A stretch of 64,000 bases of DNA from contig JAZQUO010000060.1 in NCBI GenBank assembly GCA_045631325.1, positions 10,274-74,273 of the forward strand. The letters run 5' to 3'. Source of the DNA: Oscillospiraceae bacterium (GTDB lineage Bacteria; Bacillota; Clostridia; Oscillospirales; Ruminococcaceae). A program made the translations under genes and the position numbers. The stretch's first letter is position 1. Each line of letters opens with the position of its first letter. Below, in pieces: positions 26,806 through 37,153 of the stretch. The notes beneath the pieces are model-generated. The model was not told where the DNA came from. It saw only the letters and a program-made list of their open reading frames with translations, and made no database searches.

Positions 26806-29800
26806 ATGATGAAAACAAGAACACCGATTCTGTCCAAATGCATCGCCGTTCTTCTTGCTGTAATGTTGGCTTTCTCCAACGTTCCGGGAATTATGGTTAC
26901 TGCATTTGCAGCAGAGCATGCTGTTTCCGCAGGTCATGTAATGGCTGAAACTTACGACCTTCCGGACGCAGTTGAAGCAATTCTTGAATCCGGCTATCTT
27001 ACCATGGATTATTCTATTGAATATGATGATCCCAAAGATAACTGGGTAACCGTTGACCACGAAAACAAAACCATCACCGCCGAAGAAAAAGACGGTTGGG
27101 TTGCAACTGATGCACACATCGTTGTTGACGGAACTTCTGTTGAAGACGTGGTTCTTACCGATGGCGAAGGCACTTACACTTATGATGAAAATGCTTTCTC
27201 CGTAAAAGTATGCTATGAATTCATTACCGAAGTTTACAACCAGGCAGAAATGATCGAAGCAATCCTTGCTCTCAGACAGGGACTTGCAAACACCGAAGCT
27301 GTTTCTGCACAGGGCGGTAATCTTTACATTCTTGAGCAGGCAATGCCCGAACTCGTAAAATTTGCAAACGAAGGTGTTGAAACTTCCTTCACCACCGTAA
27401 AATTTGCAGAAAACGTTAAAGCTGCTGTAAATGCTCTTGATGCACAGATGACTGCAAACGGAGGCAAACTCAATCTTTCCGTAATGGTTGAAGAGTATGA
27501 CGCTTCCAGCGAAACCGCTTATATCATCAATGACGGCGCAGCAATGTATAACGAAGTTATCGAACTTCATGAAAGCGTTTCTGAACTTAACATTGCGCTT
27601 ACCACCATGATCGAAAACCTTGCTCTTTTCATTCAGAACGGATGGATCGACGCAGAAACTGCTGACAAACTTGAAATGCTTGCAGGCGTTTGTGCAAACC
27701 TTGAAGAAGGTCTTGCAGCTCCCGCAGCAGACGATTGGTTTGCAGCAACCACCGATCCGGTTGTAAATTATGTCGGCGCAGAACTTGACGTTCTCGTAAA
27801 AGCTCTCGGCGAATTTGATTTCCCGGAACTCGAACCCTTCCTCACCGTTGCAGCTGCTGAACTTTCCGTTAACATGAACATGAAGAACGTTACCGTTAAA
27901 GTTGTTCTTAATGTTGTTACCGACGAAGCAGACAGCAGAGAGCTTGTTGAAGAAGAATCCGTAACCGAAGTTCTCACCCTCAGCGACGGCGCAGCAAAAG
28001 CTGAAATCGAAGCTGAAGCACAGAGCATCATCGATGCTGCTCTTGCAGATTGGGCAGAAGTTTACTCCGCAGAAAACTTCCTTCCCACTTATTCCGAACT
28101 TCCCGAAACCCTTACCGAAGACATTGAATACGTAATCACTTACAATCCTGTTGATTACACCGTTGACCTCGGTTGGGCAGACGATATCAAAGTTCCTTAC
28201 GGTTATAAATACACCCTTCCCAGACATGAAAATGCTGAACAGGCATATGACTATTATGTTGACGGCGTTCTTTATGCACAGGGACAGATTGTTGTAATTC
28301 TTGCTGACACCGTTATCACCCGCGAAGCAGGCAAATCCTACACCGCAGGCGACCTTTACGGAATCGTTGCTGATAACTACGGCGATGAAGTTGCAAAAGC
28401 AATTCTCAAATCCGGCGCTCTCTTCGACGACGTAGCAGTCAGCTACCGTAAACCCGACCCGGCAGACGCAGCTGCTGTTCTCGAACTCAAAGACGGTAAA
28501 CTTACCGCAAACGAATACGATTCCGACTACGAAGGTCTCGTATGGGTTCCCTACAGCTACGGCGTAACCGGAACCGAAAACCTCTTTGAAGGCAACTACA
28601 CCGTAGATTGCACCGACAAAGAAGTTAAAGTTCAGTACAGACTTGCTCTTACCAACTTCGGTCAGGAAAAAGCACAGGAAGTACTTGATCTTGCAAAAAC
28701 CCTTAAAGCTGAAGCAGAAGGCCAGAAATCCGCAATGGACAGCCTTGCAGGACTTGAAGACACTCTTGCACAGCTTGATAAAACCAAACTCGGCGCTCTT
28801 AACGGCGTTATCGACGTAACCGATTTCTCTGCTGATCCTGCTGAAAACGCAGAAATCAAAGCAGAACTCAAAGAAATCGTAAGCGCAATCATTGCTAACA
28901 ACCTTGAAGGAAACCAGCTCAGAATCCTCACTATGGTTGTTCAGTACAACAACAACGGCCTCAGATATTATTATCAGAACTATGCCGCAATCAAAAACGA
29001 AATCGACAGCCTTGCAGATTACATGGGCGACCTCATGGATAACGAAGAAGCACTCAGAATCATGTGCGAAGCTGCAGGTTACGGCGAATATGCCGACAAG
29101 ATTTCCGACGTTGAAGGAAAACTTAACGATTACCGTGCAAGAATGAGCGCTCCCAACGCAGCAATCGACGTTAACAGCGCAAAACTCGGTGCACTTGTAA
29201 CCGCACTTAACATGGCAGGCACCGCAGACTGCACCGCAGCTGATGCTCCTTACGTTCTTTCCGAAATGCTTACCGCACTTGACGAAAGCCAGGTTAACGT
29301 ACAGGTTGTTATCAACACCCCCGCAGGCAACGCAACCGTTACCACTCCTTCTATGGAACGCGGAACCGTTCTTACCCAGAGCGATATCGAAACCCTTAAA
29401 GCACTCGTTGAAGCTGAAGTAGCAAACCTTCTCGGCGCAAACGAAAAATATTACAGCTTTGAAGCAAGCGCTGATCTCGATGCAATGGCAGGCAGCGAAC
29501 TCTCCTCCGCTGTTACTGTATATTATAACTATACATATAAAGAATACACCGTTGTAATCGAAGGCGAAGCAGATCAGGTTGTAACTATTGCTGAACTTGA
29601 AATCGTTCTTCCCAAACACACCGAAGCAGGCTGGACTTACAAATACACCATTGACGGTGTTGCAGATATTGTAAGCGATACCTACACCTTCACTGCTGAA
29701 CAGCTTGACAGACTCTTTGTTGACGGTGTTTACACCATCACCCGTACTGCAAGCAACGACGCAATGGAAGATATCGAAGGTTCTTCTATTGACAAATGGC

Positions 29801-32800
29801 TTGTTAAAGACGCAGAAGGCAACCTCACCGGCGTTTACGCAAAAGTTGAAGGCAACCAGGGCGGTCTTATGGGCTTTGTAATGGATTTTGTAAACTCCGG
29901 TTACAGCTACATTGCAATCAATGGCCAGCCTCTCCTTTATCTTGCTGCTGACAATTCCCTTGAAATTTCCGTACAGACTCTTGTTGACGCTCTTATGAAC
30001 GACAACACCTTCGGAAGCCACACCGTTATCAGCCTCGGTGAAAACGGCAGAGGTGAATTCCTTAAAGCAAAAATGGATCTTGGTAACAGCGAAGACGATA
30101 TCACTTTCGAAGAACTCGACTTCACTCTTTACCTCAACAGCGTTCCTTCCCAGATGGGAACCGTTGCAAAAGGTCTTAAAGCAGTTAAATCCTACATGAC
30201 TTTCAACTCCAATAACGGCGTTATGGACGTTGAACTCAACCTTCCCGAAAAAGTTTATGAAGTATATCTTGCAGCACTTATCGCAACCGGTAACGTTGAC
30301 AAATATACCATGAACGAACTCAACTCCGAAGTTGCATTCCAGTTCCTCTGGGACTACATCGAAGTTGTTAAAAACAGCGAAGCTGATACCGAAACCTTCA
30401 CCAACACCCTTGCAAAAGTAGGCATCAACAAAGATCTTACCGGTGCAGAAGAATATTATCAGCTTGTAAAACGCGCACTCAACAACGAAGGTCTTGTAAT
30501 CAACCCTGAAGATGACAATGATCTTGTTGACATTTCCGTAACCGGAAAGAGCCAGAAAGCTATCAACGGAATCATCAGCCTCCTTGGCATCGACGTTTCT
30601 GATTATCAGCTCTATCTCGGAATGCTCAAAGAATACAAATATGATGATGCTGAACTTTCTGTTGCAATGAGCGCAAAACTCCGCAACACCGACAAAGATT
30701 TCGAAGCTGCACTTGTTGACGTTCGTCATCCTGTAAGCGGTACTGCTGATTATCTCAAGAAATTTGACTTCACCGACAATCTCCCCGCACGCGCACAGAG
30801 CATTGCAGGCGAAGCAGCAATCATCCTTCTCGGAGACATTGACGGCGACCTTACCTTCAATGATGCAACCATCATCGACCTTAACGGCTTTACCATCAAC
30901 GGTAACATCACCGCAAACGGCAAAACCCTTATCTTCGATACCAGCCTTGACACTTACAACTGCGGCGGCGTTAACGGAAATGTTTCCGGTAACCTCACCA
31001 TCGTAGGCGGTAAATACACCGCAGACGTTACCGCATACATTCCCGACGGTTATGAAGTTGAAGACGGCGTTGTTCGCAACGTTCTCTACACCATCAGCAA
31101 CGGCGTTGCTGAAAGCAGAAACTTCTTCTCCGCTGCAAAAGCAATCAACGGCGAAAAAGTAATCTTCAACATCGATACCGACATCCTCAACAAAGACGTT
31201 GCAAGCTACACCGAAGCAGCAGCAATGATCGCAGTAGATATGGCTCTTGAGCTTGTTCTCAACTACTTCACTGCAGCAAGCCTTACCGCTGACGGTTACA
31301 GCCTTTACAACATCAGCGTTGAAGACATCATCGGTCTTTACGACAGCACCAACCGCAAAGAAGAACTTATCAACACTGTTCTTAACTTTGTTGACGTAAA
31401 CGACATCAACGGTTTCATCAACGTTACCATCGACAAAATGATGGATTATGCAGCAATTGAAGAAGCAATTCGTGCAAACGAAGAATTCATCAGCTACGAC
31501 GTTGTAACTGAACCCTGGTCCGTAAAAGTTGCTCATATCACTTCCGGCGACTACCTCACCTTCGGAATTGTTCCCAACGCAGACCTTGCAAAAGAATTTG
31601 CTGTTGGCCTCAGAATCGAAGGCAGCAAGAAAGACTTTGCTGCAAACCTTGCAGGCGGCCTTTCCGATATCATTGTAGATTCCGAAACTGACGCACAGGT
31701 CGAAATCCACAGACCTTCCTATGCTGACAAACATCTTACTGTTTCCGGCGAAGGTTCCCTTGTTGTAACCGTTGACTTCACTGCTGACCAGAACACTGCA
31801 AACGCAATGAGCTACACCAACGATGAATATCTTGAAGTTCTTGCAGTTGCATTTGCTTACGGTCTTGACAACGATGCATTCGTTGCAGCAATCGGCAACG
31901 ACAAAGCTCTTAAAGCTGAAATCGACAAACTCACCATTGCTGACGTATTCACTGCTCTTAAAGCAATGAACGTTCCTAACAGATTCGCTGAAATGTGCGA
32001 AGCAGTTGGTTACACCACTGGCAGCAATGCTGACAAACTCGAATCCATTTACCACCTCATCGCTGTTGCAGCAGGCGAAGTTCTTGATGTTCTTGACATC
32101 ACCGGACCGGCAAAGACTCTTGGCAGCCTTTACAACGAAGTTTCCGGTTATTATGAACTTTCCGTTGCACGTGCAGCAGACAAAGATATCAGCAGAAGCG
32201 GTTATACCCTTACTGTTGGCGCAGAAATCACTGAACTTACTCTTAAAGTAAAACTCTTTGATGACGCAGAACATGTTCATACCGAAGCAACCAGAAAAGA
32301 AGATTACATCGAAGCAAATTGTACCGAAGATGGTTCTTACACTCTCGTAACTTACTGCTCCGAATGCGGAACTGTTATCAGAACCGAAAAAGTAATTCTT
32401 CCTGCTCTTGGACATGACTTTGGCGAATGGTACGTATCTGTTGAACCTACCTGCACCGAAGAAGGCGAAGAACGCAGAGATTGCCAGAGAGTAAAAGTTT
32501 GCGATCATTACGAAACCCGCAAAGTTGCTGCTCTTGGTCATACCGAAGTAATCGATGCAGCAGTTGCACCTACTTGCACCGAAACCGGTCTTACCGAAGG
32601 TAAACATTGCTCCGTTTGCGGCGAAGTTCTTGTTGCACAGGAAGTAATTCCTGCAACCGGTCATAAATATGACAAAGAAGTCGGACGCCAGGAAGCAACC
32701 TGCTGTGAAGAAGGTTGGATCCTTTGGGAATGCGTATGCGGCGACCAGTTCACCGAAATCCTTCCTGTTGATCCCGATGCTCACAACTGGGTACTCGTAA

Positions 32801-33129
32801 GCGAAACCGATCCTACTTGCGATAAAGCAGGTACCGCAACTTACGAATGCGCAAACGGCTGCGGCGAAAAATTCACCGTTGATACCGATCCTGCACTCGG
32901 CCACAAATGGTCCGCTTGGGAAGTTGTAAGACCTGCAACTTACACCAGCTATGGCCTCATGCGCCGTTACTGCCTCAACTGCGGCGACGTTCAGGAAAGA
33001 ATCATCCCGATGCTTACTGAAGACAAAGAAGACGAAGTTAACCCCGGAACCGGTGCTCCTATCTCCGCTTTCGGCGCAATCGCAGTTCTTGCAGCAGCAG
33101 TTGTTATCGCAAAATCCAAAAGAGGTTAA
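26806..33129 (+). CDS. giant (2107 aa) cell-surface protein with signal peptide, C-terminal Cys-rich GH..C..CxxCG repeats and sortase-type sorting signal
   Basis: The signal peptide ends in ..VTAFAAEHA. Four or more repeats of (A/P)(L/T)GH-x8-12-(P)TC-x2-x-G-x5-6-C-x2-CG occur (ALGHDFGEWYVSVEPTCTEEGEERRDC, ALGHTEVIDAAVAPTCTETGLTEGKHCSVCG, ATGHKYD.., ALGHKWS..). The C-terminus is NPGTG + hydrophobic APISAFGAIAVLAAAVVIA + KSKRG. Confidence 0.75.
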   Translation: MMKTRTPILSKCIAVLLAVMLAFSNVPGIMVTAFAAEHAVSAGHVMAETYDLPDAVEAILESGYLTMDYSIEYDDPKDNWVTVDHENKTITAEEKDGWVATDAHIVVDGTSVEDVVLTDGEGTYTYDENAFSVKVCYEFITEVYNQAEMIEAILALRQGLANTEAVSAQGGNLYILEQAMPELVKFANEGVETSFTTVKFAENVKAAVNALDAQMTANGGKLNLSVMVEEYDASSETAYIINDGAAMYNEVIELHESVSELNIALTTMIENLALFIQNGWIDAETADKLEMLAGVCANLEEGLAAPAADDWFAATTDPVVNYVGAELDVLVKALGEFDFPELEPFLTVAAAELSVNMNMKNVTVKVVLNVVTDEADSRELVEEESVTEVLTLSDGAAKAEIEAEAQSIIDAALADWAEVYSAENFLPTYSELPETLTEDIEYVITYNPVDYTVDLGWADDIKVPYGYKYTLPRHENAEQAYDYYVDGVLYAQGQIVVILADTVITREAGKSYTAGDLYGIVADNYGDEVAKAILKSGALFDDVAVSYRKPDPADAAAVLELKDGKLTANEYDSDYEGLVWVPYSYGVTGTENLFEGNYTVDCTDKEVKVQYRLALTNFGQEKAQEVLDLAKTLKAEAEGQKSAMDSLAGLEDTLAQLDKTKLGALNGVIDVTDFSADPAENAEIKAELKEIVSAIIANNLEGNQLRILTMVVQYNNNGLRYYYQNYAAIKNEIDSLADYMGDLMDNEEALRIMCEAAGYGEYADKISDVEGKLNDYRARMSAPNAAIDVNSAKLGALVTALNMAGTADCTAADAPYVLSEMLTALDESQVNVQVVINTPAGNATVTTPSMERGTVLTQSDIETLKALVEAEVANLLGANEKYYSFEASADLDAMAGSELSSAVTVYYNYTYKEYTVVIEGEADQVVTIAELEIVLPKHTEAGWTYKYTIDGVADIVSDTYTFTAEQLDRLFVDGVYTITRTASNDAMEDIEGSSIDKWLVKDAEGNLTGVYAKVEGNQGGLMGFVMDFVNSGYSYIAINGQPLLYLAADNSLEISVQTLVDALMNDNTFGSHTVISLGENGRGEFLKAKMDLGNSEDDITFEELDFTLYLNSVPSQMGTVAKGLKAVKSYMTFNSNNGVMDVELNLPEKVYEVYLAALIATGNVDKYTMNELNSEVAFQFLWDYIEVVKNSEADTETFTNTLAKVGINKDLTGAEEYYQLVKRALNNEGLVINPEDDNDLVDISVTGKSQKAINGIISLLGIDVSDYQLYLGMLKEYKYDDAELSVAMSAKLRNTDKDFEAALVDVRHPVSGTADYLKKFDFTDNLPARAQSIAGEAAIILLGDIDGDLTFNDATIIDLNGFTINGNITANGKTLIFDTSLDTYNCGGVNGNVSGNLTIVGGKYTADVTAYIPDGYEVEDGVVRNVLYTISNGVAESRNFFSAAKAINGEKVIFNIDTDILNKDVASYTEAAAMIAVDMALELVLNYFTAASLTADGYSLYNISVEDIIGLYDSTNRKEELINTVLNFVDVNDINGFINVTIDKMMDYAAIEEAIRANEEFISYDVVTEPWSVKVAHITSGDYLTFGIVPNADLAKEFAVGLRIEGSKKDFAANLAGGLSDIIVDSETDAQVEIHRPSYADKHLTVSGEGSLVVTVDFTADQNTANAMSYTNDEYLEVLAVAFAYGLDNDAFVAAIGNDKALKAEIDKLTIADVFTALKAMNVPNRFAEMCEAVGYTTGSNADKLESIYHLIAVAAGEVLDVLDITGPAKTLGSLYNEVSGYYELSVARAADKDISRSGYTLTVGAEITELTLKVKLFDDAEHVHTEATRKEDYIEANCTEDGSYTLVTYCSECGTVIRTEKVILPALGHDFGEWYVSVEPTCTEEGEERRDCQRVKVCDHYETRKVAALGHTEVIDAAVAPTCTETGLTEGKHCSVCGEVLVAQEVIPATGHKYDKEVGRQEATCCEEGWILWECVCGDQFTEILPVDPDAHNWVLVSETDPTCDKAGTATYECANGCGEKFTVDTDPALGHKWSAWEVVRPATYTSYGLMRRYCLNCGDVQERIIPMLTEDKEDEVNPGTGAPISAFGAIAVLAAAVVIAKSKRG

Positions 33130-33166
33130 TTTGAGATTAATTAAATAATCCGGTTTTAACCGATTT

Positions 33167-33200
33167 AAAAATGAGCACGGCTTTGGCCGTGCTCATTTTT
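33167..33200. terminator. bidirectional Rho-independent terminator built on the TGAGCACGG palindrome
   Basis: aaaaatgagcacggc-tttg-gccgtgctcattttt. Confidence 0.8.
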
Positions 33201-33271
33201 GTTGTTGACGAAAGCAAAGAAATAGAATAAAATAGAAAACGGAAAAAGTTTTTATCAAGAGGTTTTTTGTT

Positions 33272-33775
33272 ATGAATTTTATTAAAAAAGCCGCCGCGGT
33301 TTTCTTTGCGTTTTTTATTATTTTCGGTGTTTCGGCTTTTCCGGTTTTTGCAATGGAAACCGAAGAACAACAGATAAATATGGAAGAAATTCAGACTCAG
33401 ATGGAAAACGAGGGACTTGAGGTCACCGTTTTGTTCGATAAGGAAGTTTATGAAGAGGGGGAACCCATCACCGCGAAAATTATTGTAAAAAATATAAGCG
33501 GAGAAACGGCGATTATCCGGGACGTTGAACAGCTTGTTCCGGAAGGTTACGTTCTTTCGGAAAATCTTCCGGAATATGAGGAGGATTTTCTTCTTGAACC
33601 GGATGGAACCATTGAACTTGAAGTAACTTACGGAGAAGTTATTGAAAATCCGGAAGAGGAGGGTGCCGAGGCTTTTTTTGACAAAGTTATCTTTGGCGAA
33701 ACCCTTGGTATTCCGAATATTCTGATTGCGGTTTTACTTGTTATTGCAGTCGCGCTTTTTTATCATTTTACGTAA
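33272..33775 (+). CDS. small secreted protein with Ig-like or CARDB-like core and C-terminal TM anchor
   Basis: The signal peptide ends in ..GVSAFPVFAMETEE. C-terminal TM is IPNILIAVLLVIAVALFYHF. Confidence 0.5.
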   Translation: MNFIKKAAAVFFAFFIIFGVSAFPVFAMETEEQQINMEEIQTQMENEGLEVTVLFDKEVYEEGEPITAKIIVKNISGETAIIRDVEQLVPEGYVLSENLPEYEEDFLLEPDGTIELEVTYGEVIENPEEEGAEAFFDKVIFGETLGIPNILIAVLLVIAVALFYHFT

Positions 33776-33817
33776 GAAAAGAGAAAATCCCCGCCGTAAG
33801 GCGGGGATTTTTTGTTT

Positions 33818-35164
33818 TCAGGTGCTCTTGATAAAATCTTTATAGAAAACAACACATTCACCGATGTTTTCGATTTTAATGTTTTCGTTTGCGCCGTGGA
33901 TGGTTTTAAACTGGGATTTTGACAAATCAATAGGAGCAAAGCGAAGAATATTATCCGCAACGTCGGTGAGCCTTCGGGCGTCGGTTCCTGCGGTAAGCAG
34001 GAAGGGTGCAACGATTACGTCCGGGAAATTTTTATGAAGAAGGTTTTCGATTTTTTTGAAAGATTCGCCGTTAAAATCGGTGGGCTTGCAGTAATCCCGA
34101 AGAGTTTCTTCAATTTTAATTCCGTATTTTTCGGCGATCTTTTTTATTTCGGAAAGACCGCGGTAAAGATCTTCCTCCCGGACACAGCGAAGATACATTG
34201 TTGTTTCGGCCGTTTTGGTCTGAGCACCGGGAACAGCTTCCGTGCTCAGATCAGTGAAAGAAATTCCTGTTGTGAGCATGGGGCTTGCGGCGGGAATTTT
34301 CGACATGATTTTCTTTATGATCGGGGCGAAAATAGCGATATTTCCGAAGAGAATGTTCATGGGAAAGGACATATAAGGAACATGTCTTTCGAAGGTTGCA
34401 CGGACTTCCGGATAGAATTCCGGCTTATAGATTTTTTTGCTTTTTTCGGTGACTTCGGTTACAAAGAGGCAGATTCGTTCAGCAGGAGTTGCGGTTTTTG
34501 CGGCAAAGCTTCCGTGGCCGCTTTGGGGAATATTGGTTGTTTTGCAGCGGAAAAGATGGCGGCTTTTTTCGTGTACAGCCACAACCGCGCTTTTTTGTTT
34601 TACTCCGGGAATCATGCCTTCGGTAATGGCGCCGCCTTCGTCAAGGACGGTTTCAAAACGGATTTTATTTTCAGCAAAATATTTAGCGGCAAGGACCATT
34701 CCGTCGCCGGAACATTCTTCGTTGTTGGAAGAACCTATCCAGAGATTGAATCCTTCAAAATCAAAACCTTCGGAAAGAAGTTCTTCCGCCGCCATAAGTT
34801 CGGCGAAAAGGGGAGTTTTTGTGTCGATCGCGCCTCTTCCGAAGAGATAGCCATCTTTTTCAGTTGCGGAAAAAGCAGAGGTTTCCCAGCCTTCGCAGGA
34901 ATCCACAACGTCATGATGGGACATCAGAAGAATATTTTTCTTCGGTTTTTTGCCTTCGATCATATAGAAAAAGCAGCCGCTTCCGAAATTCAGTTTTTTT
35001 GCCTTTGCGGTAAGATTCGGAAAGGATTCTTCGATTACGGAACAGAATTTTTTGAATTCCGCTTCGTTTTCGCCGTTTTCGGTGAAAACGGTTTTGCAGT
35101 TTATCATCTTTTTAAGGATTTCGGTATATCCGGAAATTTTTTCCGGAGAAACGTTTTTGCGCAT
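33818..35164 (-). CDS. M20-family metallopeptidase/deacylase
   Basis: LLMSHHDVVD and FGRGAIDTKTP blocks are typical of the M20 (ArgE/DapE/CPG2) family. AAGGAG RBS. Confidence 0.7.
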   Translation of the reverse strand: MRKNVSPEKISGYTEILKKMINCKTVFTENGENEAEFKKFCSVIEESFPNLTAKAKKLNFGSGCFFYMIEGKKPKKNILLMSHHDVVDSCEGWETSAFSATEKDGYLFGRGAIDTKTPLFAELMAAEELLSEGFDFEGFNLWIGSSNNEECSGDGMVLAAKYFAENKIRFETVLDEGGAITEGMIPGVKQKSAVVAVHEKSRHLFRCKTTNIPQSGHGSFAAKTATPAERICLFVTEVTEKSKKIYKPEFYPEVRATFERHVPYMSFPMNILFGNIAIFAPIIKKIMSKIPAASPMLTTGISFTDLSTEAVPGAQTKTAETTMYLRCVREEDLYRGLSEIKKIAEKYGIKIEETLRDYCKPTDFNGESFKKIENLLHKNFPDVIVAPFLLTAGTDARRLTDVADNILRFAPIDLSKSQFKTIHGANENIKIENIGECVVFYKDFIKST

Positions 35165-35178
35165 TGGATTTTCTCCTT

Positions 35179-37077
35179 TTATTTCATTTTACATTCGAAG
35201 AGGAAGGAGGATTTTGGCGGAAGGTTAAGAATCACATTGTTTCCGTCGGATTTTGAAACGGAAAAATCCTTTCCGAAAACTTCGCGAAGGAAAGATTCCG
35301 CGCCGATTGCACCGAGAGGAAGAGAAATTTTTGTTTCGGTTTCCTCGGCGGAAATTACAGCGACAAAAGCTTCGTCATTCTGGAAACGGGTGATTGCAAA
35401 GATTCTATTTTCCGCAAAAAGGAACTTGAAACCGCCGCGGCGGAGAGATTTTTTATCCCGGCGAAGATCGGTCATTGTTTTATAAAGGTTGTAGTTATTC
35501 GTTTTTTCAATATCCTTTTTCCAGGGCATCGGATAGCGGCAGCCTTCCATGGAATCAATTCTGCCTTCGATTTCCGCTTCGTCGCCGTAATAAATCGAGG
35601 GAGCGCCGCAGAGCATGAACTGGAAGATTACGGCGGCTTTATATTCTTCGAAAGATATTGCGGGGTTATTATGGAGCCTTGGAGTGTCGTGGCTGTCGAA
35701 AAGGTTGAACTGGTTTTCCCAGAAAGCGAAGGGAAGTTTTGCGTAATGTTCCATTACACGGTTTTTGACGTCGGAGGCAGTCATTTTATAGCGGATTTTT
35801 TTGAGGAGAGGATGGTCGCTCATAAAAAGATCCGGTTCGCCGAGGAATTGGCGGATTATTCTTCCGCAACCGTAATAGTTCATGGGGGAATCCCATTGAT
35901 CGCCCCGAAGATGTTCCGGGCAATCGCCCCAATCTTCCGCGAGGATATATGCGTTGGGGTTTACGGATTTTATTGCAGAGCAGATTTCCGGCCAGAGCTT
36001 TGTGTCAAGTTGGGTTTCGTTGTTTCTTGCAAAAACGTCAGCAACGTCGAAGCGCCAGCCATCGATTGAATAGGGCGGGCGGAGCCATTTTTTGATTACC
36101 GAATCTTCCGCGCGGTAGATTATATCCCGAAGGGCGAGGGAATTATAGTTGAGGGTGGGCATTGTATCAACGCCGTGCCAGCCGAAATAGCAGTTGTTTT
36201 CATCGAAGAAATAATAACCGCGTTCGGTGGAATCGGGGTTGTTATATGCGCCGACGGATTTTTCGAACCAGGTGCAATCCCGGTTGAACCACTTATGTTC
36301 GATTCCGGTATGGTTTATTGAGATATCGAGGATTATTTTCATTCCGTTTTCATGGAGGGCAGAGCAGAGTTTTTCGAGAGCTTCGTCGCCGCCGAAATGT
36401 GGGTCAACATGAAAATAATCTATGCAGTCATATTTATGGACGGTCGGGGAAAGAAAAATCGGGTTAAGATAAAGGGCGGTTACGCCGAGCTTTTTGAGAT
36501 AGGGGATTTTTTCGGTTATTCCTTCAAGGTCACCGCCGTAAAAATCGAGGCAGTGGCCTTTTTCGTAATCGAGGGGGATTTCTTCCCAGTTTTGCATTTT
36601 TATTGTTTTATAGCCGTTCTGGGAATATTCGCCGGGTTTTACGTCGTTTTCTTCGTTTCCGTTATAAAAGCGTTCCGGGAAAATCTGATAGAAGACGGAA
36701 TCCTTTACCCATTCGGGCTGTTTATAATCTGCAAGGAGGACGAAATCGTAGGTATGGTCCGGAATATAGGTTGTGATTCCGTTCTGGGTATAATAATAGA
36801 TCACATCGTCGCAGAGAAGATAGAACTGATATGCGATCCGGTTTTCGGTGATTTTAAGTTCCGCTTCATAATAATCGAGCCCATGTTCGGTTTTCAGATA
36901 CTGCATTTCGGTATAATTATCTTCGCCGTTCTGGAAGGAGAGGAGGAGAACGTTTTTTACCGGGGAATCTTTTTGGAAACGGATGCGGATTTTTACTGTT
37001 TCGGAAAGATTCGGGTTGAGGTTCGACAGAAATTCTTCTGTTCCGTCGCTATGGACGCTTAAAAGCCAATTTTCCAT
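35179..37077 (-). CDS. GH13 alpha-glycosidase (neopullulanase/cyclomaltodextrinase/maltodextrin glucosidase-like)
   Basis: All four conserved GH13 regions are present: LDISINHTG, DGWRFDVADV, ILAEDWGD, FDSHDTPR. Confidence 0.85.
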   Translation of the reverse strand: MENWLLSVHSDGTEEFLSNLNPNLSETVKIRIRFQKDSPVKNVLLLSFQNGEDNYTEMQYLKTEHGLDYYEAELKITENRIAYQFYLLCDDVIYYYTQNGITTYIPDHTYDFVLLADYKQPEWVKDSVFYQIFPERFYNGNEENDVKPGEYSQNGYKTIKMQNWEEIPLDYEKGHCLDFYGGDLEGITEKIPYLKKLGVTALYLNPIFLSPTVHKYDCIDYFHVDPHFGGDEALEKLCSALHENGMKIILDISINHTGIEHKWFNRDCTWFEKSVGAYNNPDSTERGYYFFDENNCYFGWHGVDTMPTLNYNSLALRDIIYRAEDSVIKKWLRPPYSIDGWRFDVADVFARNNETQLDTKLWPEICSAIKSVNPNAYILAEDWGDCPEHLRGDQWDSPMNYYGCGRIIRQFLGEPDLFMSDHPLLKKIRYKMTASDVKNRVMEHYAKLPFAFWENQFNLFDSHDTPRLHNNPAISFEEYKAAVIFQFMLCGAPSIYYGDEAEIEGRIDSMEGCRYPMPWKKDIEKTNNYNLYKTMTDLRRDKKSLRRGGFKFLFAENRIFAITRFQNDEAFVAVISAEETETKISLPLGAIGAESFLREVFGKDFSVSKSDGNNVILNLPPKSSFLFECKMK

Positions 37078-37153
37078 TTTATGGACCGCCTTTTTCTGAA
37101 AAATTTATATATACTTATTAAAACATAAATCGGGGGAAAGTCAAGAAAAAGAG

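Noticed and set aside
26737-32904. 2055-aa ORF on the minus strand, the longest ORF on that strand
   Set aside because: It is in exact antisense codon phase with the 2107-aa plus-strand gene. It exists only because that gene never uses TTA/CTA/TCA. Its translation is Cys/Phe/Val/Asn-rich nonsense with no signal, domain or RBS, whereas the plus-strand product has a signal peptide, repeats and a sorting signal.
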